DNA of 64,000 nt from positions 127,019,547 through 127,083,546 of the forward strand of contig NC_068984.1 in the NCBI RefSeq assembly GCF_001194135.2. Direction: 5' to 3'. This stretch comes from Octopus bimaculoides (Eukaryota). The notes below the pieces were generated by a model that did not search any database, was not told the origin of the DNA, and was given only the letters and a program-made list of their open reading frames with translations. Position numbers and translations under genes: made by a program. Positions 1-13,382 of the stretch are shown here, in pieces (the first letter of the stretch is position 1; every line of letters starts with the position of its first letter).

Positions 1-14
1 TATACATATGTATA

Positions 15-63
<49 letters not shown>

Positions 64-108
64 ACATATATATGCAAACATACAGATGATACACATACAC
101 ACATATAC

Positions 109-140
<32 letters not shown>

Positions 141-479
141 CTAATATACTTACATATATACATACATATAAATACACATATACATACAGATGTACATATA
201 TATTCATACAGACACACATGTATATATCTGTATGTATACATACATAGACACACATGTATATATACTTACAGATACATATATGCATGCATACATATACTCA
301 TGCACAGAGGTACACACACATCATTGACTGCTGAAGATGGCAGAATTATGACAGACAATGAATGAATCTCAAACAAGCTAACTGAACACTTTAACAGCCC
401 ACTGAAGAGACTACCAGTTATGTCTGAATACTGCTATGTTGATCTTCACATGTTTTCCAAGCAGCCTTGAATGTCAGCA

Positions 480-1080
480 TTGCCAACCCTCAAGGAACTG
501 GATATTACCACCCACCAGATACATGACAACGAAGCCCTTGGTCCTGATTCTATTTCTACTAAGCAGTACAAGGAGGATCTTTAAAAGCTCATCTCCCATC
601 AACTGGTTCTCTGAATATGTGAATAAAATTTCTCCTTATTGTTAACATTTAGCACACTGTAGCTGCATCATGTCACTGTATGAGTTTTCTCCCCTGTAGT
701 AACAAAGTAGTGGCAGGGGAGAGAATTCTAGAGAAAATGCAGTGTGCTAAAGGTTAATATTGTGACCATCTTCAAACAAGGGAGCTAAGGTATGTGTAAA
801 CTACAGAGGTGCCCCTCTATTATTATCAGCTAGTAAGGTCTCATTTTGAATGCAACTGAATCAGTTAACTCACTGAACAAATTTTATAGAAATCCTGAAG
901 TAATTTCCATCCTTATTTTGCTACAAATGACATAATTTTTGTTGACAATTTCAAAAAATATCTATTGAACAATATAAACTAATTTTTTATCATCCTTTAT
1001 GATTTAGTTGATGTTTTTGACACACAGCCAAGACTTAACTTATGGACAGTACTTAAGACATTTGAGTTTTTAGACCATTT
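480..1080 (+). mobile_element. Degenerate RTE-type LINE reverse transcriptase fragment
   Basis: Broken frames read PTLKELDITTHQIHDNEALGPDSI, IVTIFKQG, VNYRGAPLL and FYDLVDVFDT..LWTVLKTF, matching the RT N-terminal motifs KAPGPDGI, NYRGISLL and FIDLxKAFD. Confidence 0.6.
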
Positions 1081-1086
1081 TGAGAC

Positions 1087-1272
1087 CCCTCACCATCACT
1101 TGACAACCAATGTTGGTGTGTTTACGTTTCTGTAACATAGCAGTTCAGCAAAAGAGACTGACAGAATAAGTACTAGGCTTACAAAGAATAAGTCCTGGGG
1201 TCTATTTGTTCAACTAAAGGCGGTGCTCCAGCATGGCTGCAGTCAAATGACTGAAAGAAGTAAAAGAAAAGA
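1087..1272 (+). mobile_element. SINE family A, 3' half
   Basis: CCCCCACCATCACTTGACAACC...GAATAAGTCCTGGGG...CTCCAGCATGGCTGCAGTCAAATGACTGAAA...GTAAAAG, shared with the full-length copies. Confidence 0.8.
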
Positions 1273-1282
1273 ATTTATATAT

Positions 1283-1325
<43 letters not shown>

Positions 1326-1589
1326 NNNNNNNNNNNNNNNNNNNNNNNNNNNNNNNNNNNNNNNNNNNNNNNNNNNNNNNNNNNNNNNNNNNNNNNNNNN
1401 NNNNNNNNNNNNNNNNNNNNNNNNNNNNNNNNNNNNNNNNNNNNNNNNNNNNNNNNNNNNNNNNNNNNNNNNNNNNNNNNNNNNNNNNNNNNNNNNNNNN
1501 NNNNNNNNNNNNNNNNNNNNNNNNNNNNNNNNNNNNNNNNNNNNNNNNNNNNNNNNNNNNNNNNNNNNNNNNNNNNNNNNNNNNNNNNN

Positions 1590-1627
<38 letters not shown>

Positions 1628-1695
1628 GCATATACATATATATATATATGCATATACATATATATATATGCATATACTTATATATATATGCATAC

Positions 1696-1726
<31 letters not shown>

Positions 1727-3114
1727 TGCATATGCATGTGCACATACACACACATACCTATGATATATATGTGTGTGGGTGTGTTTGTATTGTTGGTTTG
1801 TTCTGTGCTCATGCCCTTCACAAGCCCACCAACGCCAGTGAAATAATTCCATGAAAAACCTGGACATGGAGAAAATTGTAGAGCAATGCAGTTCTGAGGA
1901 AATAAAGACTGTGTGTAGTGGTTATTGCAGTGCCTGGTGTGGAGGGAAAATATAGATGACATATGGAAAAGAGATGAGTTAGTTGGGGAGTTCCTAATGA
2001 AAATGACACAAAACCATTAACCCTCAACAAGCAATGGTCACTGTAGTAGTGACAGAAAAGACAGAGAATGTGAAAGGAATCAGGACATCTGTGGGGCAGA
2101 GGTGAGATTGTGTTGGTGAGTAATCTAGGGCCACTCAGTGGTGGGTGGGCTTTTTTTCTTGACCTTTGCTTATGTAATTACTTCATGTATGGGAAAGGAT
2201 AATGAAAAGGTTTGTTATGCTGTGATTCGTTTAGAAGTCATATTGATTGCTTGATGTGAGGTCGTTTGTGAGAAGATAACATTGCACTTGCTCATGAACT
2301 GCTGAATATGCAGTCTTACTGGCATCTCTGGTGTCCCCCTTGTCTATTTGTATTGCAAAAGAGCTATCTTCTATACTGAATACAGAGTTGTTGGTTTTTG
2401 TTGTGTGGATTTTTACAGTATGTGGGTGGTTGCTATACGATGTGCATTCAAAGTATTGTGTGAAGGTGATTGTTAAATGAATGTAGAATCTGAATGCTTA
2501 GATCTGTCTTCATGTTCTTGAGGTACATCAATAAAAAAAAATCAATAAATATTATTTTCCTTACGGCTATAGTTATTCTTCTTTTCTAGAGAGACTTCTG
2601 TGTGATAATTTTTCTTGCCGGAAAAATGAAAATAATATTAGTCATGACAAATATTGTCTTTTTCCTTTACTATCTAATTATTTCTAGTTAGTTTTTTTAA
2701 TGCTTCCTCTATTAAATATGTTAACATTAACTTAACTAATGCTTGTTTTTTTATGTGAATTGTGTCTAAACAATTTGTTTTGTCTGCAACAGCCATTGTA
2801 CTCTTTTGTACATTTAAAGACTATTTTTCATCACTATTTTAGCATGTACAATGAAGTGTATATTTCACTAATGAGGTCAGAATAAGACTCAAACATGCTT
2901 TTATTTTTCCTCTGTAGTTGTTAGTAAAAGATTAAAATATTGATTAAAATGGCATTATTTTCAGTAAATAATTATTCTACATTATATACCATGTATCATC
3001 TATTCTTGTTAAGGAAGCCTATCATTTGTATGTACATGTGTGTGTGTGTATATGTATGCGTGTGTATTCGCACACATATATGTATACATACATGTATATA
3101 TATATATCAGTACA

Positions 3115-3463
3115 TATTGTACTGTGTTGAGTATGAGGCCATCTGGAAAGATGAATGGAGGCATAACATCGCCATCACTAGTGATCACTCCAAACCCCAT
3201 GATGTTGACTGGATGTTCGATTTTTATCACACTCAGTACATGTCCTCAGATTGCACTGTCCTGGGATTGACACCCAAACACATTGAAGTGTTTGTATTTG
3301 GAGCTTCTGGCACAAATGCCAAGCAGTACAGCATGTTGTTTCCAAATTTCTGGGCAAGGGAATTGTATCATGGTGCTGTTTTCCTCACAAATGGTGCCCA
3401 AACAATGTGCATGCACGAAATTAAAAATATAAAGTGGTGACAGTTTACCCATCGCACCCTGTA
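3115..3463 (-). mobile_element. Tc1/mariner-superfamily transposon remnant
   Basis: Minus strand reads IKIEHPVNIMGFGVITSDGDVMPPFIFPDGLILNT, a transposase catalytic-region segment; the element end reads TACAGGGTG, a Tc1/maT-like terminus. Confidence 0.6.
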
Positions 3464-3511
3464 TATGTGTGTATATGAACATATATATATTATACATATG
3501 TATCATCATCG

Positions 3512-3588
<77 letters not shown>

Positions 3589-3942
3589 GTATGCACACAT
3601 GTATACATAGGTAAATATATATGTATACATATATCTATTATATCAGTCTCCTTTGCTGAACTAATTTATGGAGACATAAACAAACCAGCACTAGTTGTCA
3701 TGTGGTGGTGGGAAACAAACACAAATTCGCAGACACACACCCACATACCCCCCGCCACACACACACACACACACAGAGGCTTTCACACAGTTTCCATCTA
3801 CCAAATTCATTAACAAAGCATTGATCAGTTCGGGGCTATAGTGGAAGTGCCACTCAGTGGGACTGAACCCAAAACCACATGGTTGTAAAATAAGCTTCTT
3901 AACCACACTACCATATCAGATGTGTGTATGCATGTGTGTGCT

Positions 3943-3998
<56 letters not shown>

Positions 3999-4715
3999 CA
4001 TATGTATGTATGCATGTATGCATATAAATTATACATAACCGTGTATTGATTTCCATTACTAGCCAGTGGAAATATATGCTGAAAACTCCATAATCTTAGT
4101 AAAAGAGGGAGCCTATGTCACATGATCATAATTCATGGCAACTGATGACAGATTTCTTCTCTCTATTTGATTGTAGTGAAGGAATTTTGTGTAACAAGTT
4201 TAGGTTTGCTGATAATTTATGTAAGTTCTGACATAGCCAGAAGCTTCCTGAAGATGGGAAAGATAACGAATTTAATGCTGAATATTGAACTCAGAATAAA
4301 CAATGGCAATTACTGATTTAACACACAGTGTTACCATGATTTCACTTGGTTTTGTTGGGAATTTTGACATGATATTATTTCTGTGAATTGCGAGAGACAA
4401 AGTTGACTGAAAAAAAAAATGGTATGAAAGCTGTCTGTAGTTTTATAACTTCATTCATTGTGCTGTTTTTCTTTAATTATTTTGCTGGTTGCAGTCGTTT
4501 GCCTGCGGCCATACTGAAGTATAAAAATGAGTGAGAAGATGAAAAAATATGGTTGTGTGGTTATAAAGCTCACTTAGGTTCAGTTCCACTGCTCAGCAAT
4601 TTGGGCAACTGTCTTCTGTTTTAGCTACAGGTTGACCAATGCCTTGTAACTGAATTTGGTACATGGAAACTGTCCATCATGTGTGTGTGTATCTCTGTGT
4701 GTGTATGTATGTATA

Positions 4716-4916
4716 TATGTATCTATCTATCTATCCATCCATCCATCCATCCATCCATCCATCTATATATCTATTTATCTATCCATCCATCCATCCATCC
4801 AACCATCCATCCATCCATCCATCCATCCATCCATCCATCCATCCATCCATCCATCCATCCATCCATCCATCCATCCATCCATCTATCTATCTATCTACAT
4901 ATTTATCTATCTATCT
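4716..4916. repeat. (ATCC)n/(ATCT)n tetranucleotide microsatellite
   Basis: Direct inspection; runs into an N gap. Confidence 0.95.
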
Positions 4917-5065
4917 NNNNNNNNNNNNNNNNNNNNNNNNNNNNNNNNNNNNNNNNNNNNNNNNNNNNNNNNNNNNNNNNNNNNNNNNNNNNNNNNNNNN
5001 NNNNNNNNNNNNNNNNNNNNNNNNNNNNNNNNNNNNNNNNNNNNNNNNNNNNNNNNNNNNNNNNN

Positions 5066-5097
<32 letters not shown>

Positions 5098-5347
5098 TGA
5101 TAGATGTATATGTGTGTATGTCTTTGTGTTTGTCTCTACCACCACCACCACCACCACCACCACCACTTGACAACCAGTGTTGGTGTGTTTACATCCCTGT
5201 AACTTAGTGGTTTAACAAAATAGACTGATAACGTGATTCATTTGATTCATTCAACTAAAATTCTTGAAGGCAGTGCCCCAGTATGGCCACAGTCTAATGA
5301 CTGAAATAAGTAAAGTAAAAGACAAACGATATGTATGTATGTATGTA

Positions 5348-5384
<37 letters not shown>

Positions 5385-6244
5385 ACACATATATGTGTAT
5401 GTGAACATTAAATGATGATGATACATATGAATAAGATGAATGAATGACAAAGATGATGTGGTACAAGGGGAGTTAGAAGTGACAATTTATTAATATGAGT
5501 TAGTAAAGCTATGTTGCCTTACTAATTCTTGCCTCTCACTTGTACGAGTCAAAGGTGATTGAAAAGAGACTGAGTCAACAACAGGTGGGTGGATCAGTAA
5601 CATTATCAACAGGTACATGCATAACAATTGCTACAGAGTGGTGATGAATTGTCATGAAGAATGAATCAAGTTTTAATTGTTTGTCATGCTGATGTTGCCT
5701 CTAGATAATTAGTTCTCTTAAGCTTCTAACATGTTGATAATATTGCTGAATGTCAGTTTCTCTCGACAAGTCAATTTACAAAACGACATTACCAAGGGAC
5801 TCTTATGCAATATAGATTTCTTGGACAATAGATCATTGTCTTTATCATCATTGTTATCCCAACTATTACCAATGATAACTACATTCAATGTTATGTTAAC
5901 ACTTGGTGTTATGTTAACACTTGGTGTCCAAGATCACCTTCTGTGTTTTCTAGCCAGGAGCAATGTCATCTTCTGTGTTGTCTGTTTCACTGCCTCTCTG
6001 AAGTCTATGATGAAAATCTCTTATTTTGTAATCTTTGTGAATCATATTTTACCTCAACATCACACAGAAGTATCTTCCAAGTACTAAGTGCAGGCATAGC
6101 TGTGTGCATAAGAAATTTACTTTCCATCTATGTGACCTTTGGTTCAGTCCCACTATGTGGCATTTTTGACAAGCACCTTGTACTATAGTTCTGGACTGAC
6201 CAAAGCTTTGTGGGTGGATTAAGCTGACAGAAACTTGAGACTAA

Positions 6245-6488
6245 ACGGCGAGACTAAACGAATAAGGTGGTAAGCTGGCAGAAACGTTAGCACGCGGGAG
6301 AAATGCTTATCGGTATTTCGTCTGCCGTTACGTTCTGAGTTCAAATTCTGCCGAGGTCGACTTTGCCTTTCATCCTTTCGGGGTTAATAAATTAAGTACC
6401 AGTTACGCATTGGGGTTGATGTAATCGACTTAATCCCTTTGTCTGTCCTTGTTTGTTCCCTCTATGTTTAGCGCCTTGTAGGCAATAA
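6245..6488 (+). mobile_element. tRNA-derived SINE family B with 16-bp TSD, inserted into an older family A SINE
   Basis: Body GCTGGCAGAAACGTTAGCAC...GTTCTGAGTTCAAATT (B box)...GCAATAAAGAAA; TSD AGAAACTTGAGACTAA at 6229-6244 and 6489-6504. Confidence 0.9.
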
Positions 6489-7745
6489 AGAAACTTGAGA
6501 CTAACCCAAATTAGATTGCCACCTATTCCTGACTAATAATATTCTGTGATCATATGATATTTATCTGGTATATATTCTTGACATATTGGTGTGGTGGTTG
6601 ATGGAATGTGATCTGATGCTGGACCAGACTGATCTGGTATCTATTCTTGATAAATAGGTAAGTTGATTGGTTGACTGTGGTTTTCGGTCGGTACCTATTC
6701 CTCAGAATAACTTTGTGAGTTGAGGCAATATAAAATGAAAGTATTTTGTCTCCAATCATAGCGCAACACCTGCAGAGAATTTGAATCTATAATACCTTCA
6801 AATTCTTAGAGGCACAAGAATGGGTAGGAGGTTAAGAAGTTTACTTTGCAAGAATGTGGTTTTGAGTTCAATACCACCTTGGACAAAAGTCCTTTGCTAT
6901 TGTCTCAGGTTGACTAATGCTCTGATTGTGAAATTTAGTAGATGGAGATATATGACAATCTATAATGTGTGCACGTTTGTGCGTGCATGTGTTTGTGTGT
7001 GCATACGTGCGTGTGTGTGTGTGTGTGTGTGTGTTTGTCTTTGCATGTCTTCACATTAATACTGTTTAGGCAATGGAGACATTGTTTATGTCTCACTTAA
7101 ACAATAAGTTCAGCTAGTTGGCAGTTTGCCCAGTAAAAATATAGAATACAGTGCTTTATCTGAAAACAAGTGAGAGTTGACATTAAAAAAGCATCTAACT
7201 GTAAAATACTCCCTGAAAATGTTTCATCCAACTCATGCCAGCAAGGAAAAAGTGGACATGAAAAAATAGTGGTAGTGGTGGTGGCGACGGTGGCGGCGGC
7301 GGTGGCGGCGGCGGTGGCGGTGGCGGCAGCGGCAGTGGCTTTGTAGACGAAAGATCTGGCAACTTTTAAAAATCAAAATATTTCTAAATCACTATGCTGT
7401 GGTTGTGCTTCAAAAGACCCAGCAAGCCAAGTGAGACTGTAACTGTGGTCTATGCCAGTGCAGCATAACCAGCCCATTTAAGCATACCCTTCAATTATTG
7501 GGCAATAAACTGCACTTTCGAAGACCTGTTGAGGCAAGTCAAAACATTGTCATGGCCGATGACAGTACTGACTGATTGGCACCTGTGCTGGTGGCATGTA
7601 AAAAGCACCATTTGGGTGTTGTCGATGCCAGTGCCAGCTGACTGGTCCCGTGCTGGTGGCACATAAAAAGCATCATTTTGTCTGAGTTAATTATTAACTA
7701 GGAGAAAATAAATACATATAATAATATATATATATATATATATAT

Positions 7746-7930
7746 GGGAGAATGTACGAAAAAAACAACAACAGACGAGGACAGGTGGTGTAAATAACAA
7801 AGGATGTATTAGTATGACACTCGGGAATACGGAAAGTCTTTAACGTTTCGAGCTATGCTCTTCAACAGAAAGAATACGGAGACAAGGAGAAAAACACGGA
7901 GAAAAAAAATTGAATAGTGTTCAGTCAATG
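7746..7930 (-). mobile_element. Penelope-like element terminal (pLTR) fragment carrying a hammerhead-like motif
   Basis: Minus strand TCTTT-CTGTTGA-A-GAGC-ATA-GCTC-GAAAC-GTT-AAAGA, followed by a ...CTAATACATCC...CACCTGTCCTCGTCTGTTGTT tail also seen at 20795-20880. Confidence 0.6.
7837..7873 (-). ncRNA. Minimal type I hammerhead ribozyme-like motif (variant core CUGUUGA)
   Basis: Stem I UCUUU/AAAGA, stem II GAGC/GCUC, GAAA, palindromic stem III ACGU, GUU cleavage triplet. Confidence 0.55.
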
Positions 7931-8049
7931 GTCAATCATAGTAATATATATATATACTCGGAAATGGATGCATGGCGTTCAGTCAAACAATAAATTGTAC
8001 ATAATATATTGTATACATATATAAAAATATATATACATACATATATGGG

Positions 8050-8335
8050 TACAGGACATCACCAACAGTTCAAACAACCTGAAATATGTAAACAAAGAGT
8101 TAAATATGTAAATAACGAGAAAAAATGGAGAACAGGACAAGTAAACACAGAAAAGACCCTTCATCAGTTGTCGGCTGTCTATGTACTCCTAATTTCGAAT
8201 GCTTGAAATGAGGGGTAGAAAGACAACCAACAACTGTGTTTACTTGTCCTGTTCTCCATTTATTCTCGTTGTTTACATATTTAACTCGTTTGTTTATGTA
8301 TTTCAGGTTGTTTGAACCATTGGTGGTGTCCTGTA
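8050..8335. repeat. About 101-bp inverted repeat pair (8050-8150 and 8234-8335)
   Basis: Left arm TACAGGACATCACCAACAGTTCAAACAACCTGAAAT...GGACAAGTAAACACAG is the reverse complement, with a few mismatches, of the right arm. Confidence 0.9.
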
Positions 8336-8935
8336 TATATATATATATNNNNNNNNNNNNNNNNNNNNNNNNNNNNNNNNNNNNNNNNNNNNNNNNNNNN
8401 NNNNNNNNNNNNNNNNNNNNNNNNNNNNNNNNNNNNNNNNNNNNNNNNNNNNNNNNNNNNNNNNNNNNNNNNNNNNNNNNNNNNNNNNNNNNNNNNNNNN
8501 NNNNNNNNNNNNNNNNNNNNNNNNNNNNNNNNNNNNNNNNNNNNNNNNNNNNNNNNNNNNNNNNNNNNNNNNNNNNNNNNNNNNNNNNNNNNNNNNNNNN
8601 NNNNNNNNNNNNNNNNNNNNNNNNNNNNNNNNNNNNNNNNNNNNNNNNNNNNNNNNNNNNNNNNNNNNNNNNNNNNNNNNNNNNNNNNNNNNNNNNNNNN
8701 NNNNNNNNNNNTATATATATATATATTCATGCATATATATATACTATATATTATTTACTATTTATCATACATATATATATGTAGAACATGTATGCATATA
8801 CATGTGTATGTAATATGTTATTTTATGGATGTGTGTGTGTGTGTGTGTGTGCGTGTGTGTGGATGAAATCATACTCATATACATATGTATATACTGAAAT
8901 ATATTTATGAACAAATTTGTATATATTTGTATGTG

Positions 8936-8971
<36 letters not shown>

Positions 8972-9797
8972 CTCATACACTCATACATATATATATATAG
9001 ATATATACATATATATATATATACATAGATACTTACATACATATATACAGGCATGCACACAGACACACACACATATACATACATGTATACATACATGCAT
9101 GTATGTATGTGCTTGCGTGTGCATCTGCAGCTGTACACAGGCCCATTCTGCAACAACCAATGCACTTACTAACATGCAGCTACCTGCATTAAACTTACGC
9201 TATATCTCCTGTAACACATCATATTAGGTTTTCAGTCCCCTTCATTCTGAAATTTCTCTTGGGTCATCGCCATAGCAACTGAAATATCCATTTATGACCT
9301 ATTGATTTTTGGCAACAAGCTGTTGATAAAGCAGCAATAGCACAGCATTAATGGCGCTCGGTGGATGCTGCTAGCATTCTGGCCTCCTTAATTCTCTCAC
9401 AGACATCCTATTTCTGCTATGTATTTTGTGTTTACCAGTGGTTTTTACCAAAGATTAAGACTAGGTTAATAATGCTTATCACCGATATCACAACTCACAA
9501 TGACCACTTCTACTGCCAGTGGATATCCTAAATTGGTCATCTTTTTATAGATTACCTCTAACTTTACCACAGTTAATAGATGTCACCAACAACAACTACA
9601 GATATCACAACATCTTCCACTTTTAACATACCCATTAATCATCATCATTGCTTTAATGTCCACTTGTTAATGGGCAAAGTTTATTGATGCAAATATTCTA
9701 CAGGCAAGCACAGTAACATTTCCCCTTGGCTAGACATGTTCTTACTGAAGATTGGAAATGAATGACACTGTTTATAAGACAGTGACATCCATTTACA

Positions 9798-10188
9798 GTG
9801 GAGGCGCAATGGCTCAGTGGTTAGGGCAGCAGACTCGCAGTCATAGGATCGCGGTTTCTATTTCCAAACTGGGCGTTGTGAATGTTTATTGAGCGAAAAC
9901 ACCTAAAAGCTCCACGAGTCTCCGGCAGGGGATGGTGGCGAACCCTGCTGTACTCTCCCACCACAACTTTCTCTCACTCTTACTTCCTGTTTCTGTTGTG
10001 CCTGTAATTCAAAGGGTCAGCCTTGTCACACTGTGTCACGCTGAATATCCCCGAGAACTACGTTAAGGGTACACATGTCTGTGGAGTGCTCAGCCACTTG
10101 CATGTTAATTTCCCGAGCAGGCTGTTCCGTTGATCGGATCAACTGGAACCCTCGATGTCGTAAGCGACGGAGTGTCAACAACAACAAC
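9798..10188 (+). mobile_element. tRNA-derived SINE family C, full length, 14-bp TSD
   Basis: Head GTGGAGGCGCAATGGCTCAGTGGTTAGGGCAGC (A box) with degenerate B box and (ACA)n tail; TSD GACATCCATTTACA at 9784-9797 and 10189-10202. A second copy lies at 50263-50644. Confidence 0.9.
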
Positions 10189-12044
10189 GACATCCATTTA
10201 CAACTATCACACAATGCTCAGACTGGCACCATTGTGACACTACTGTTGCTATAACAACCACCAATTTTTGCCTTATTACTGCTAATTTTACCACAGCATA
10301 TAAACCCTAAGACTATTGGATGCAGCTGATGTTATAGCAGCATACCTAAAACTGGTTACCACTGATGTTACTATCATTAAGGGATGCTATAATTACTATG
10401 GATTGAATTAGTTTACCAATGTTCAGTCTACCGCAAGACAAAGGCCTCAGCTTTCTCAGCTTTATTGCTTTCTCCACCAACCATGGTCTGATGTGGAGAC
10501 CGTGGATTTGAGCTGAAGATCATACTGGTTTGTTGAGCCTATTCTGTCACACTGGCTTGACATGGCTTGGCAGAGGGATGTAGTTTTTATACTCTTATTC
10601 AGTCAACTATATTGAATCCAGTGCTCAACTGGTACTTATTTTATCAACCCTGAAAGGACAAAAGGCAAAGTCGACCTCGGTGGAATTTGAATCAGAACAT
10701 AAAGATGGATGAAATACTGTTAAGCATTTTACCCAGCATGCTTACAATTCTGCCAGCTCGTCACCTAATTACTATAATTAAAGTTAATAATGCTTGCTTC
10801 AGAGTACACAACTGTCACCCTGATTACCTCATCTAATGTTTGACAACCAATGTTCATGTGTTTATGTCCCCATAATTTAATGGTTCAGCAAAAGAGAATG
10901 ACAAAATAAGTACCAGGCTTACAAAGAATAAGTCCTGGTATCGATTCCTTCGACTAAAAATCCTTTAAGGAGGTGATCCAGCATGACAGCAAATGAATAA
11001 AAGAATGAAATGCTGCAAAAAATTATTCCAGGTCCTACATGTGAAGTTGGGTCTCTATTACATACTTTTATGCACTAAAAACTTTCTTTCCTGAATATGT
11101 GCTGCTGAAATTGGAGTGTATCTAATATGCCTGTGCATCCTTTATGCCATCAATATGGTACCTCTAATTTTACTACAGCAAATAGAGACTGTCATAATAA
11201 TAGTTACTACTGTTTTCACAACAACTTCACCCTTTTTGACTGATTACTGCTAATTTTACAACAGTGGATAAATACCAAGAATTGAAACCACAATCATGCA
11301 ATCATGAGTCCAACACCTTAAACACTAAGCTACACACCTCCACTTGTACTACTTGATGTGAGAGAAAAATTTAATCTATTTTCATCCTTTCATAAGCAGA
11401 AGTATATAATTTTTGTCTTTGCCTCTCTCTCCTGGATTATCTCCTGTGGTTGGTAAAGAAATGCTGTTTAGTTTTACAAAATTTTTCCCATCTACATTTT
11501 TTTTTTCTTATAACCAAGATAGATCTATAAATTCCATCTGTTCATTTTGTGTTAAAGGAAGGTTTGTCTTCATACACCTGCTGTATGAACAGACCACTGT
11601 ATTTGGAATTGTGTAAGAGTTGCTACTGCTATTATTTTTGTTGTTGCTATTGTTGTCTTCCAAATGACTTATTTGAGTGGGACATTTTTCTTCCATTAAT
11701 TGTTCACTTTACTGTTCATTTTCTTCTTCCTCCTGTACATTTATTTGTGTGTTTCTTTTTTTAGCCATTGTAGTGTTTTGTCAAGTGGCATAATTGTGTG
11801 TGGCAGCCATTTTAGATGTGAAAATGTACAATGTGTAAATAACATTTTAAATTTCTGAAGCAATCCTCTTTTGTTCTGTTGTCTACCCCCAAGTATCAAA
11901 GACAAGGCTTTCCATAGGCAATTATAGTTCTTTTTACAAGTACGCCAAAGAAAATTTCATTCAGTAATGCTTGAATAAAATGTGTTTCAAAGTGAGAAAC
12001 AAAAACATCTTCACCAGGAGAGTTGATGATGATGATGATGATGA

Positions 12045-13135
12045 TATCAGTGAAATAAGGAAAATTGATCAGAAAATACATAAGCTACTGACTTGCAACA
12101 AGATGCACCACCCAAAGGCAGACACAGATCGTCTACCTTCCCAAAGCTCAAGGAGGTCAAAGCTTGGTCCAATCTGAAATTTCTTACAAAACCACCACAA
12201 TTGGACTGGCCAATTATCTTGAAGCATCTAACAACTAGATGCTAAAACTCATTGAAAACTATAAGAGATGTAAGAAACTTCATTCGGTTATGAAGGAGAG
12301 CAAAAAATTTGCAAGCGAGATCATGCTTCATACCCAGGTTGAAGTGACACAACTGTTGTTGCAAAGGAAGTGAAATCAATAGCAAAGCAAAATGCGTTTG
12401 AGCAATTAGCTGATAGGTGGGAACAAAAACCACTGCATGGCAAATATGTGGCCTGTAGCAAACACGCTGATGTAGACCAGAAGCACACCCATCAGTGGCT
12501 ATGGAGCTCAAGGCTAAAGGCAGAGAGCAAAGGCTTTATCTCAGCTGCTCAAGATCAGAGCTTATTGACCTGTAACTACCAAGCCAATGTGATTAAAAAT
12601 GGAGTTGACCCAAAGTGCTGATATTGCAATGATAAGATTGAAACAGTGGATCACCTAATCTCTGGGTGTAAGGTTTTGGCACCTGTAGGGTATAAACCAA
12701 GACATGACAGAGTTGGCCAATATTTACACTGGATAATATATTGGCATTATAAAATCAAAACTGCTGACAAATGGTACCACCCTGAGGCTGTAAATGAGGG
12801 AAAAAATGTAATGCTTCTTTGGGGCTTTCCAGTTTGTATAGACTGGACCATCAAAGCTTGTAAAAAATCAAAACAATAAAGTCTATTTATTGATTGACAC
12901 AAGCATTCCTTGTGATCATAATATCTCAGCAAAAGAATTTGACAAGTTCAGAAAATATTAAGATTTTGCTGATTGAAATTGAAAAGCTGTGATTGTAGGA
13001 ACACTTGGAATGATCAAAAAGGGAACTGAAAATTATTTGAGGATGTTCCCTGGCTTACCATCCATGTAGGAAGTGCAAAAAATTGTCTTAACTGGTGCAT
13101 CACACATACTGAGAAGAGCATTGTCACTGTGAAAT
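12045..13135 (+). mobile_element. R4/Dong-like (restriction-like endonuclease) non-LTR retrotransposon 3' remnant
   Basis: Broken frames read HHPKADTDRL, KPLHGKY, WL...LKAESKGFISAAQDQSL, C*YC..KIETVDHLISGC (CCHC knuckle), RHDRVG, LLWGFPV and GASHILRRAL. These motifs are typical of the RT thumb, zinc knuckle and RLE region of R2-superfamily elements. Confidence 0.8.
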
Positions 13136-13339
13136 TTCTTTCTTCTTCCTACTTATTTTCTTCGTTTTCCTTTTTTTTCCTTCCTTCCTCTCCTTTCTCT
13201 TTTTTTTTTTCTATCACATGACTTTTGTAAATGAACAATCTGATGTGTTTATTTTAATAGCCTACCAATGTATACAGTGAGTTTCTTTGCCATAGGTGTT
13301 AGGAAGACACTCGGCAAGAAATGGAAACAAAATTGAAAG

Positions 13340-13342
13340 AAG

Positions 13343-13382
<40 letters not shown>

